A stretch of 64,000 nt of DNA, taken from IMG/VR virus record IMGVR_UViG_3300009124_000003. One strand, 5' to 3'. The first letter of the stretch is position 1. Every line of letters starts with the position of its first letter. The stretch is from a virus. Position numbers and translations under genes: made by a program. Of the stretch, positions 35,609 through 44,052 are shown one piece after another. The notes below the pieces were generated by a model. That model did not search any database. It saw nothing but the letters and a program-made list of their open reading frames with translations, and was not told where the DNA came from.

Positions 35609-35792
35609 TCCACAACTTTCACTGACACATTTGTATATCATCGGATAGACTATAAGTGTCTACTTTGCCTAGAGTTTCACTAAAGTGCCTCAAGGCTTTG
35701 GTAGTATAATCATTGACAGTAACAGTCGTCGCTTTTTGCATTGACTGGGTCTGTCATCCGTATAAGTAACCCCTATTTCAGGAGATGAAAAG

Positions 35793-37058
35793 ATGACTGA
35801 TTCCAGTCGCATGAATGAGCTTAACGCCGCTCTCTCTGAGAAGGTTGCTCAGAACCAGGAAATCGCTGATGCGGTTGAGGTTGTCGATGGCACCATGCAG
35901 ATCGACGCCGCGCACCGTGAGGTTTTCCAGGCCAACATGGCAGAGATCAAGCAGATCAAGGGTCTGCTTGACGACCTTGGCGTGATGAACGAGGCCACCG
36001 CTTCGTCCGTCGCTGCTGAGTTCGCTGCTAAGGGCGCTGGCGAGCCGGTTTCCGCTTCTGAGTATTCCTCCATCGGTGACGCGTTCGTTAACTCGCACGA
36101 GTTCAAGTCCCTCGATGCCGGTACCAATGGTCTCACCATGCCGACCGCTTTCGAGGTTAAGGATGTCTACTCTGGCCTTCCGACCGGCACCCCTGCCTCG
36201 TTCGGTACCATCCAGCGTGAAGACATTGTCGGTCAGGCCAAGCGCACCACTCGTGTGCGTGACCTGTTCCCGGTCCGCCGCACCAACGCTGCTGTGATCG
36301 AGTACTTCCGTCAGACCGGCTTCACCAACAACGCTTCGACCGTCCCGGAGTACGACTCCCCGGACTTCGGTCTTAAGCCTCAGTCCACCATGACCTTCGT
36401 TGGCGAGCAGGCTCCGGTCCGCACCATCGCCCACTGGGAAGCTGCACACCGCAACGTGCTTGCCGACGAGCCTCAGCTCCGTTCGATCATCGACAACGAG
36501 CTGCTCTACGGCCTGCGCCTTGAAGAGGACGATCAGATCCTCAACGGTTCCGGCTCCGGCGAGGACCTCACCGGTATTCTGAACGTGTCCGGCATCCAGA
36601 CCTACTCCTGGTCGTCCGGTCCGTCTACCGCTCCGGTGGCTGACACCAAGGCTGACGCTATCCGTCGTGCCATGACCCTTGCTTTCCTTGCTTACTACGA
36701 GCCCACCGGCGTCGTGGTCCATCCCTCGGACTTCGAGGACATGGAGCTTACCAAGGACTCCAACGGTCAGTACCTCATGGCTGTCAACATCCAGCAGGGC
36801 GCTCAGGCCCGTGTCTGGAACGTTCCGGTCATTGACACCCCGGCTATCGCTGAGGGTACCGCTCTTGTTGGTGCGTTCGGCACCGGCGCCCAGCTTTACG
36901 ATCGTGACGAGGCCTCCATCCGTGTGGCCGAGCAGCACAGCGACTTCTTCGTCCGCAACGCTGTCGTCATCCTCGCTGAGCAGCGTCTGGCTCTTGCTTG
37001 CAAGCGCCCGGAGAGCTTCGTCAAGGTCACCTTCGACGCCGCCCCGACCGTCGGCTAA
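35793..37058 (+). CDS. Major capsid protein (HK97 fold, with N-terminal delta domain)
   Basis: RVRDLFP, RTIAHW, EDDQILNGSG, VVHPSD, FVRNAVVILAEQR. Confidence 0.96.
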   Translation: MTDSSRMNELNAALSEKVAQNQEIADAVEVVDGTMQIDAAHREVFQANMAEIKQIKGLLDDLGVMNEATASSVAAEFAAKGAGEPVSASEYSSIGDAFVNSHEFKSLDAGTNGLTMPTAFEVKDVYSGLPTGTPASFGTIQREDIVGQAKRTTRVRDLFPVRRTNAAVIEYFRQTGFTNNASTVPEYDSPDFGLKPQSTMTFVGEQAPVRTIAHWEAAHRNVLADEPQLRSIIDNELLYGLRLEEDDQILNGSGSGEDLTGILNVSGIQTYSWSSGPSTAPVADTKADAIRRAMTLAFLAYYEPTGVVVHPSDFEDMELTKDSNGQYLMAVNIQQGAQARVWNVPVIDTPAIAEGTALVGAFGTGAQLYDRDEASIRVAEQHSDFFVRNAVVILAEQRLALACKRPESFVKVTFDAAPTVG

Positions 37059-37111
37059 TCATAGCTGATAGTTAAGGTGCGTCGCTAGAACCTAGCGATA
37101 AACTTTGAGAG

Positions 37112-37140
37112 AGGCCCCCTCCTTCGGGAGGGGGCTTTTC
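37112..37140 (+). terminator. Intrinsic terminator after the capsid gene
   Basis: aggccccctcc-ttcg-ggagggggc followed by tttt. Confidence 0.9.
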
Positions 37141-37190
37141 CGTTTCCGGGTTGTTGACAGGCCTGGGCTTTATTGAGTAAGGTATAGGTT

Positions 37191-37382
37191 ATGAGCGTAT
37201 GCGAAGTTTGTGGATCAGCCTATAAAGAAGTGCATGAGCGGCAGAGGTTCTGTAGCCGTGAGTGCTACGCTGAGGGTGTTGTGATCCCCACGTTCGAACC
37301 CACAGGTAAAGATTTCCTGGACTGGGCAGAACAGAACCATCCTGAATGGGTTGCCGAATGGCGGAGCTTCATTGATGATTAA
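37191..37382 (+). CDS. Small Cys-rich (Zn-finger-like) protein
   Basis: CEVCG...FCSRECY; leaderless behind TTGACA-N18-TAAGGT. Confidence 0.7.
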   Translation: MSVCEVCGSAYKEVHERQRFCSRECYAEGVVIPTFEPTGKDFLDWAEQNHPEWVAEWRSFIDD

Positions 37383-37473
37383 AGCCACAGTCCGATGGTT
37401 GCTGACTATGACTGTAGCGTTAAGCTCTGCTGTTGGCGTGCTTACCATGCTTGCATTGATCGCTTTCAAGTAA
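37375..37473 (+). CDS. 32-aa single-TM peptide (MIKATVRWLLTMTVALSSAVGVLTMLALIAFK)
   Basis: Not in the ORF track; overlaps the upstream stop and fills the gap. Confidence 0.55.
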   Translation: MIKATVRWLLTMTVALSSAVGVLTMLALIAFK

Positions 37474-37482
37474 AATAAAAGT

Positions 37483-37728
37483 ATGAAACAGACACGACCT
37501 AACTTTCATGGCGAAAGAGCTTGGGCGGTGCTGGTCGCTGGCGTCGCTGTTTATGATGCTTATGCTATTCTGCGCGAGAAGTCCACGATGAGCACTGCCT
37601 TTTATGAAGCCACTCGTGGGGTGCGTGGACGTTTGTTTTTGATTACTGTGTGGGGTGTGTTGACTGGACATTTGTTTCGGCTTATTCCGAAGCGTTTTGA
37701 TCCTATGCGTTTGTGGTTTGAAGATTAA
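37483..37728 (+). CDS. Small membrane protein
   Basis: Two hydrophobic segments; leaderless behind TAAAAT. Confidence 0.7.
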   Translation: MKQTRPNFHGERAWAVLVAGVAVYDAYAILREKSTMSTAFYEATRGVRGRLFLITVWGVLTGHLFRLIPKRFDPMRLWFED

Positions 37729-37875
37729 GTGACGAGTGCCACTGGAGTCTAAGTTACTGAGTGGTATATACTACAAGTGAGCTTGGGAAGCTGGCCCCCG
37801 CTGAGTTGTTTCGCTTGGCGGGGTTTCTACTGCCCAACATTTGTATAGTGAGTTTTGCAAGGAGCAAAAATAGAA

Positions 37876-38010
37876 ATGAAGTATTATTGGGAAGACGCAG
37901 TTCGCAACTGGGGCAGTGGTGTCCGTCGCGAGTACTGGACCCGACAAGATCATGATCTGCATTGGCGTTTGCGTTCGGAGTTGTACGCTGCCTTGGCGAG
38001 GTATGTGTGA
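37876..38010 (+). CDS. 44-aa Trp-rich small protein
   Basis: SD AAGGAG; MKYYWEDAVRNWGSGVRREYW...; coupled to the next ORF. Confidence 0.5.
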   Translation: MKYYWEDAVRNWGSGVRREYWTRQDHDLHWRLRSELYAALARYV

Positions 38011-38090
38011 TGGATAAGGTTATCGACTGGTTTGATTGTTTTCTGGATAAGCTGCCGCAGATTTGTAAGCAGCAGCAGATCTGGTGGTGA
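38010..38090 (+). CDS. 26-aa small protein
   Basis: TGATG overlap; MDKVIDWFDCFLDKLPQICKQQQIWW. Confidence 0.4.
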   Translation: MDKVIDWFDCFLDKLPQICKQQQIWW

Positions 38091-38140
38091 CCTGCTTGCC
38101 ATAAGGTGAGTGTCTTGGCTATCATATGAGTACAAGACAT

Positions 38141-38216
38141 TCCTGGGTAGCACAATTGGCGGTGCGTTCGACTGTTAATCGAAGGGTTGTAGGTTCGAGT
38201 CCTACCCCAGGAGCCA
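38141..38216 (+). tRNA. trnN: tRNA-Asn (GTT) with encoded CCA
   Basis: Acceptor TCCTGGG/CCCAGGA, D arm GCAC/GTGC, anticodon arm TTCGA-ctGTTaa-TCGAA, T loop TTCGAGT; promoter TTGCCA-N18-TATCAT. Confidence 0.97.
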
Positions 38217-38989
38217 TGGACGAAGAGTTCGATACTATCATCCAAAAATCTTATGAAGAAGAAGGCACGTTGGATCGGAAACTTTCCGATGTGCTTTCAG
38301 TGACTCGTGTACCTGATGAGTCTAAGTTTGCGGTGATGTATTTGGCTGAGTTTGTTTCAAGTATGCCGGGTATGGAGATTTGGGGTTCTATGGAAGACCC
38401 GCTCAACCCAGAGCTGACTCAACTGTTCGAGCCGTTTGCTTTTCCTGAAGAGTCTTGGCGCGAAGCAGTGGCTGTCGGATCAGAGTTTGGTATTCTACGC
38501 GCCCGGATGTTTGGCAACGGCGAAATGCTAGCAGTTGAAGTCAGGCCTAACTACGTTCCGTTCTGTGTAGAAAATCAAGATTTCATTAATGCTATTCTGG
38601 CTGCGGTTTCTTTCAACAAGATTCGGGAGACGGTAGACGACCCCGAGTTGCACGCTTACGAAGATGATCACATTGCTGCGTTGGGCGTGTTTGGCGATTG
38701 GCGGAAGCTGGCGTTTGACTGCATCGAACAGTTTGCCAATTGGGGAGATGTTGCAGTCAACATGACTCCCATTATGTCGAAATGTTACACGAAGTACAAT
38801 CTGGGTGATCTTAAAGAGCACCCGTGGTTGGTAAACGGCGATGCTATTTGGAGTATCCTAAAGGACGCCGGGCTGTTCTCCGGCAATGTCCAAGCCGCTA
38901 AGCTAAGTGTCAATAGTGCATTGAACTTGTGTCTTCTAGGCGGCAACTTTGTACTGGCCGAAAAGATTGCGAGTGTGTTTAATGACTGA
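38216..38989 (+). CDS. Hypothetical protein
   Basis: Likely start ATG 38216 (MDEEF); the ORF-track extension reads through the tRNA. Confidence 0.75.
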   Translation: MDEEFDTIIQKSYEEEGTLDRKLSDVLSVTRVPDESKFAVMYLAEFVSSMPGMEIWGSMEDPLNPELTQLFEPFAFPEESWREAVAVGSEFGILRARMFGNGEMLAVEVRPNYVPFCVENQDFINAILAAVSFNKIRETVDDPELHAYEDDHIAALGVFGDWRKLAFDCIEQFANWGDVAVNMTPIMSKCYTKYNLGDLKEHPWLVNGDAIWSILKDAGLFSGNVQAAKLSVNSALNLCLLGGNFVLAEKIASVFND

Positions 38990-39467
38990 ATCTAGTTTTC
39001 GTTTGGTAGCTACCCCTGTTAGACTATCACCGCTTGCTGAACTAAAGATTGCTGCTGGTGAAGACTCGACCAACCTGACTTCTGCCGAGTGGGAAACGTG
39101 GGTACTAGAAAGCCCTGCCAAAGGCGTGTTCACCTGGGCCGGTACAGATTTTCACGTTGAGGTGCCTGAGGGGTTCTTGACTGACTTTGCGTCTATCCCG
39201 TTTTTTGCTCGCTGGTGGCAGCGTGGTGGTGTTGGGTCGCAGCGTATCGCAGCGTACTTCCACGACTACATGTATGCTGGCACTAATGCGTTTTCACGCC
39301 GTCAAGCCGATGCGGCGTTCTATCAGGTGATGAAGTCGGTGGATGGCCGTAAGGGCTGGTTTAAGCGTGGTGCGATGTGGGCTGCGCTTCGGATGGGCGG
39401 CTTCTTGCCGTACCGTTCGGGTCAGACTAATTATGACAAGAACCCGCTTCATAGGCACCTGTGGTAG
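38982..39467 (+). CDS. DUF1353-family protein
   Basis: VPEGFLTDFASIP, AAYFHDYMY, RRQADAAF. Confidence 0.85.
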   Translation: MTESSFRLVATPVRLSPLAELKIAAGEDSTNLTSAEWETWVLESPAKGVFTWAGTDFHVEVPEGFLTDFASIPFFARWWQRGGVGSQRIAAYFHDYMYAGTNAFSRRQADAAFYQVMKSVDGRKGWFKRGAMWAALRMGGFLPYRSGQTNYDKNPLHRHLW

Positions 39468-39507
39468 AATATATTTAGTTAGTACAAGCTTCCTGAAAGG
39501 GATTTTT

Positions 39508-39804
39508 ATGCGTATTGCAATTAAGGACCTCAAGGTCGGCTCCAAGTTCTCTATGAGCGAGGGCGGCGCGGTTCTTGAGGTGGTTGCTGCTGATGCCGAG
39601 ATGATCGTTGCCAAGGGCGGCGAGGCTGGCCTGAAGCGTCTTCCTGCTCAGGATCGTGCTGTGTGGTTGACTGAAGCGCCTAAGGCTGCTCCGGCTCCGA
39701 AGCCCGAAAAGAAGGCTGACGAGGACTGGGCACCGAAGGTAAAGAAGGCTGCGAAGAAGAAGGCTGCTGCTGCTGAGGAAGCTGAGGCTTCTGAAGCTGA
39801 GTGA
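39508..39804 (+). CDS. Small protein with a Lys/Ala-rich tail
   Basis: SD AAAGG before ATG 39508; KVKKAAKKKAAAA. Confidence 0.75.
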   Translation: MRIAIKDLKVGSKFSMSEGGAVLEVVAADAEMIVAKGGEAGLKRLPAQDRAVWLTEAPKAAPAPKPEKKADEDWAPKVKKAAKKKAAAAEEAEASEAE

Positions 39805-39826
39805 TTCTCTTCAGCTAGTTCTGGTC

Positions 39827-39856
39827 AAGGCCCGTCCCTCCGGGGGCGGGCTTTTA
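39827..39856 (+). terminator. Intrinsic terminator
   Basis: aaggcccgtccc...ggggcgggc followed by tttt. Confidence 0.85.
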
Positions 39857-40020
39857 CTTTTCCACAGCATTGTGGATTCCTTTCAAGATACGCGCTTGCA
39901 GTTGGCATTCGTTCTTTGCTAAGATACACTTACCCCCTGAGATGAGTCGAGCCCCCTGAAGGAGGAGCGGCGGCTCATCTCTTTTCTATCTACAAAGACA
40001 TTCACGAGAGGATATTTATT

Positions 40021-41967
40021 ATGGAGTTCGCAATCTCTGACAACTTCGCAGAGGCTTACGCTGACAAGGACCCCGGTTGGGGTTTCAACGGTCTTGGTTA
40101 CATCGTGTACAAGCGCACGTATGCGCGCCCGGTCGCTGAGGGTGAACGCACCGAGGAATGGCACGAGACGATTCAGCGTGTTGTCAACGGCGCTCAGGCT
40201 ATCGGCGCTGGCCTCACCCAGGAAGAAGCAGAGGTTCTTTACGACAAGCTGTTCTATCTCAAGGGCAGTGTTGCTGGTCGTATGCTGTGGCAGCTTGGAA
40301 CCGACAACAACACCCGCATCGGCGGCGACTCGCTGGTGAACTGCTGGTTCGTTGACGTCCAGTGCCCTGAAGATTTCTCGTGGGCAATCGACCGCCTTAT
40401 GCTTGGCGGCGGCGTCGGCTTCTCTTGCAATCAGCCGGAGCGTCTCGGTATGGTCCGTAACGCCACGGTCATTCACTCCGACGTGAACGACGCTGATTTC
40501 ATCGTGCCTGACACCCGTGAGGGATGGGCAGAGCTTATTGAGCGCGTCGTCGAGACCTTCGTTGGCGGCCCCGAGGTCAAGGACTCCCTGACTTTCGCCA
40601 CGCACCTTGTCCGTCCGTACGGCGAGCCGATCCACGGCTTTGGCGGTACCGCTTCTGGCCCGGACATCCTGATCCAGGGCGCCCTTCAGATCGCTGACGT
40701 GATGTCTGGCGCTGCTGGCCGTCACCTCACTTCGGTCGAGGTTCTCGACATCCTTAACATCATCGGTTCGATCGTGGTGGCCGGTAACGTGCGTCGTTCG
40801 GCCGAGATCGCTCTGGGCGACGTTGAGGACGAGTCGTACATGATGGCCAAGCGTTGGGACCTTGGTAACGTGCCGAACTACCGTGCCATGTCCAACAACT
40901 CGGTGTTCGTGTCGAACGAGCAGATGGCGCGTCTTGCTCTTGACCCCGAGGCCAACATCTGGTCTGGCTACAAGGGCAACGGCGAACCTTACGGTTTCTT
41001 CAACCTTGAGAACTCTCGCGAGTTCGGACGCATGGGCGAGATCCGCCGTGACGATTCGGTCGTTGGCGTTAACCCCTGCGCTGAGATCCCGCTGGCTCAC
41101 CGTGAGTCGTGCAACCTGTGCGAGATTTTCCTGCCTCGCATCGAGTCGGTCGATGAACTGATTGAGGTTTCGTCGCTGCTGTTCAAGGTGCAGAAGGCTA
41201 TCGCCGCCATGCCGTACATTGACCACCAGTCGGATGTTATTACCAGTCAGAACATGCGTCTCGGTCTTGGCGTGACCGGCGTTGCTCAGGCTCTCGACAA
41301 GATCGACTGGCTGGACGAGGCTTACGTTTCGCTTCGCAAGATGGACGAAGAGTGGTCTGCTGAGCGTGGCTGGCCCGAGTCGGTCCGCCTGACCACTGTC
41401 AAGCCTTCCGGTACCCTTAGCCTGCTTCCTGGCGTCACTCCTGGCGTTCACCCGGGCTTCAGTTCTAAGTTCGTCAAGCGTATGCGTATCGCCGCTGACC
41501 ACCCGCTGGTTCAGTTCTGCGCCGACCACGGTTACGACACCTACCCGGTGCTGAACTTTGATGGCACTGAGGACGCACGTACTTCGATCATCGACTTCCC
41601 GTGTGAGTTCCCTGAGGGTACTGTGTTGGCTGAAGACATGACCGCTATTGAGCAGATGGACCTTGTCCGCAAGCTTCAGCGTGTCTGGGCTGACAACGCT
41701 GTCTCGGTCACAGTGTACTATCGCATGGAAGAGCTTCCGGGCATCATGGAGTACCTGGGCAAGTACTGGAAGGAGATGAAGTCGGTTTCGTTCTTGCTTC
41801 ACTCGGACCATGGTTTCGCTCAGGCTCCGCTTGGTGAGCTGACCGAGGAAGAGTACGCTGAGATGGTTGGCGCTCTGACTCCGTTCGGTACGGACCACGT
41901 CGAAGAGAACACCGCTATGGAGCTTGACGACGCTGATTGTGCCACGGGTGCTTGCCCTGTGAGGTAG
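40021..41967 (+). CDS. nrdJ: Class II (AdoCbl) ribonucleotide reductase, monomeric RTPR type
   Basis: NCWF, GNVRRSA, NPCAEI, SCNL, TTVKPSGT, C-terminal CATGACPVR. Confidence 0.95.
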   Translation: MEFAISDNFAEAYADKDPGWGFNGLGYIVYKRTYARPVAEGERTEEWHETIQRVVNGAQAIGAGLTQEEAEVLYDKLFYLKGSVAGRMLWQLGTDNNTRIGGDSLVNCWFVDVQCPEDFSWAIDRLMLGGGVGFSCNQPERLGMVRNATVIHSDVNDADFIVPDTREGWAELIERVVETFVGGPEVKDSLTFATHLVRPYGEPIHGFGGTASGPDILIQGALQIADVMSGAAGRHLTSVEVLDILNIIGSIVVAGNVRRSAEIALGDVEDESYMMAKRWDLGNVPNYRAMSNNSVFVSNEQMARLALDPEANIWSGYKGNGEPYGFFNLENSREFGRMGEIRRDDSVVGVNPCAEIPLAHRESCNLCEIFLPRIESVDELIEVSSLLFKVQKAIAAMPYIDHQSDVITSQNMRLGLGVTGVAQALDKIDWLDEAYVSLRKMDEEWSAERGWPESVRLTTVKPSGTLSLLPGVTPGVHPGFSSKFVKRMRIAADHPLVQFCADHGYDTYPVLNFDGTEDARTSIIDFPCEFPEGTVLAEDMTAIEQMDLVRKLQRVWADNAVSVTVYYRMEELPGIMEYLGKYWKEMKSVSFLLHSDHGFAQAPLGELTEEEYAEMVGALTPFGTDHVEENTAMELDDADCATGACPVR

Positions 41968-42073
41968 CGGATAAAAGGACCGCATGGGTTAACAATTCCA
42001 TATATCGTTAGCAGTAACCTTTGGTTATCGTGTATCCTATAGATACATACCGTTTGACTATGGAGGTTTACCC

Positions 42074-42172
42074 ATGTGGTCCTTTGATGCTTCTACTGTT
42101 TCTTCGTCCGGCGTTTCTTCCGCCCGAGTACAGCGATCTGGTCAGACAGAGATTAATACCCTCTTCGGCTAA
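42074..42172 (+). CDS. Putative 32-aa small ORF with a sequestered SD and start codon
   Basis: GGAGGT 6 nt before the ATG; MWSFDASTVSSSGVSSARVQRSGQTEINTLFG. Confidence 0.4.
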   Translation: MWSFDASTVSSSGVSSARVQRSGQTEINTLFG

Positions 42173-42267
42173 TTATTAGGTTTTTACGGCCTAGTTTGTA
42201 GTCGAGGAGGTGATGAGCCGCTCTCCTGTAGCCCTTTGCAGAGGCCGGGGGGTGAGGAAGCGGGCTC

Positions 42268-42301
42268 TCACAAGCCACCGGTTTATGCCGGTGGCTTTGT
42301 G
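42268..42301 (+). terminator. Intrinsic terminator
   Basis: aagccaccgg / ccggtggctt stem followed by tgt. Confidence 0.7.
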
Positions 42302-42323
42302 GGTTGTGGGCTAAAATAAGTGT

Positions 42324-42626
42324 ATGTGTTTGCCGTTGACTGTTCGTCGTAGTGAGGCTGTTGCTTTGTTGGATCGCGCTGTGAGTCGTTGCGTTTCAGG
42401 TAGTGATGTTGTTTCAGGTCTTCAGCTTGCGGCGGGTATTGAAGCTTCGATGATTTCAGATGATTTTTACTCAGCGTTGTCGTTGTTGGACGGCGAAAAG
42501 CGTTTGGTTTTTGGCATTTGTTGGGATTATCTAGAGGCTATGGCTGGAGAAGATCTTGTAGATTTGGAGCTTGAAGATACGGCAGACTGGATGCGCCGCT
42601 GCGCCCGTCTAGCCGAATGGGCTTGA
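42324..42626 (+). CDS. Hypothetical protein
   Basis: Leaderless behind TAAAAT; 100 aa. Confidence 0.65.
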   Translation: MCLPLTVRRSEAVALLDRAVSRCVSGSDVVSGLQLAAGIEASMISDDFYSALSLLDGEKRLVFGICWDYLEAMAGEDLVDLELEDTADWMRRCARLAEWA

Positions 42627-42688
42627 CACTGCCAACAGGCCCGGCATAGAATATGAGTTATTAGTCGATTTTTCCTCAGGAGGATACT

Positions 42689-42967
42689 ATGAACACTTTT
42701 GACCGTGAAGAGCGTATGCGCCGCCTTATGGGCGGCTTTAACCAAGAACCCGAACAGCCGAAGGCATCGGGTATCGCAGTTCTGCTCATGATTGTTCTTC
42801 GTCTGGCCCTGGCAACCGCTGCTGTGGCCCTAGTTGACGTCGGTTTGGACAACGAATACGACCTGTCGCTTTGGAATATGGTGCGTGTGGCGTTCGGTGG
42901 TTTGATTGCCACCGCCCTGTTTACCTCAGCGATGGCTGAAACTATTGCCCAGCGATTGAGTCAGTGA
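42689..42967 (+). CDS. Small membrane protein (2 TM)
   Basis: SD AGGAGG; promoter TTGACA-N18-TAGAAT upstream. Confidence 0.75.
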   Translation: MNTFDREERMRRLMGGFNQEPEQPKASGIAVLLMIVLRLALATAAVALVDVGLDNEYDLSLWNMVRVAFGGLIATALFTSAMAETIAQRLSQ

Positions 42968-43551
42968 TGCCTACCGTTATAGGTATTATGGGGCGCAAGC
43001 GCGCCGGTAAGAACGAGTTCGCTGAGGCCGTGGCTGGAGCTTCGGGTAGCGCTGATGACGTACATGTGTTCGCTTTTGCTGACGCTATCCGTGAAATTAT
43101 GTATGCGGTAGACCCTATCATTGGCTACGAGGACGGCGAGTTTGTTCGTTACGCCACGGTTATTGATGAGCATGGTTATGAGACTGCTAAGGAGTACCCG
43201 GAGTTTCGTCAGTTTGCTCAGCGTTTGGGCACTGAGGGCGGGCGTATTGTGTTTGGTAATGATGTTTGGGTTGATCTAGTTATGGGTAGGGTTGTAGACC
43301 TTCCTGAGGATTCTTTGGTTTTGATCCCAGATGTGCGTTTTCCGAACGAGTATGACGCTATTAAGGATTCCGGTGGCTATGTGGTTCGTGTTGATCGGCC
43401 GTCGCTTGATGAAGATGAGCATGACGTTCATGCTTCTGAGACGGCCTGGTTAGGCCTGGAGCCTGATACTGTTGTCCGTAACGATGGCCCTTTGAGCGAT
43501 TTGCGGTTGAAGGCGCATGTGTTGTTGGAGGCTGTAGGTTTTTTTGATTGA
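42967..43551 (+). CDS. Deoxynucleoside monophosphate kinase
   Basis: GRKRAGKN P-loop, FADAIR, RQFAQRLGTE, DVRFPNE, HASET. Confidence 0.93.
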   Translation: MPTVIGIMGRKRAGKNEFAEAVAGASGSADDVHVFAFADAIREIMYAVDPIIGYEDGEFVRYATVIDEHGYETAKEYPEFRQFAQRLGTEGGRIVFGNDVWVDLVMGRVVDLPEDSLVLIPDVRFPNEYDAIKDSGGYVVRVDRPSLDEDEHDVHASETAWLGLEPDTVVRNDGPLSDLRLKAHVLLEAVGFFD

Positions 43552-43604
43552 GTCTATGGTAGAATAGACTTGTAAGGTTTTTCTCTGTCCGAAAGGTTTT
43601 GATC

Positions 43605-44033
43605 ATGGCTATCCCGTTGTGGCGCCAATACACTCGTTTGACGCCTGAGCAGCGCCGTGAGATTCTTGAGCGTCGTCGTCGTCGTTTGGACGAGGCTTCT
43701 ACTCGCGAAGAAATTGAAGAAGCGTTTGAAGCGGATGCTCGTGATGTTCGTGAGAAGTACCGTGAGCGTAACAATGATGCGCCTGGTTCAGATGAGGCTG
43801 ATGCTCCCGCTGACGCTGGAAGCGGATTCGTTTCTCCCGCTACGGCCGCCGCCGCAGAGCGTTTGGGTATCCGACCCGATCAGGTTGCTGACGCTCGTGA
43901 CCGGATCGCCGGTGTTCTTGAGCAGGAATACAACCGACGTCAGCAGACAGTGCCTGCGTCGCAGCGGACGCCGTTCAAGCGTCCCAGTGACCAGGCTTTG
44001 GATGACGAGCTTGCCCGACGCTTTAACCGCTAA
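43605..44033 (+). CDS. Hypothetical charged protein
   Basis: First gene of the neck/tail operon; R/E-rich. Confidence 0.7.
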   Translation: MAIPLWRQYTRLTPEQRREILERRRRRLDEASTREEIEEAFEADARDVREKYRERNNDAPGSDEADAPADAGSGFVSPATAAAAERLGIRPDQVADARDRIAGVLEQEYNRRQQTVPASQRTPFKRPSDQALDDELARRFNR

Positions 44034-44052
44034 TCATTAAAGAGGTAGTGAC

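Noticed and set aside
37796-37830. Second tRNA-like element upstream of tRNA-Asn
   Set aside because: A single GC-rich hairpin followed by TTTCT, best explained as a terminator; no T loop or cloverleaf.
39861-39876. NrdR box upstream of nrdJ (TCCACAGCATTGTGGA)
   Set aside because: Palindromic, but CAC and GTG are 6 nt apart instead of the 8 in the NrdR consensus as I recall it; only one copy is present.
832-41967. Inteins or introns in recA, terL or nrdJ
   Set aside because: All three are of normal length with continuous motifs and no insertion signatures.
39919-41985. Long antisense ORFs (also 1988-2965, 14888-15955, 26902-28449, 35778-36938 and others)
   Set aside because: Shadow frames opposite well-supported genes, produced by biased codon usage; they show no motifs or RBS.
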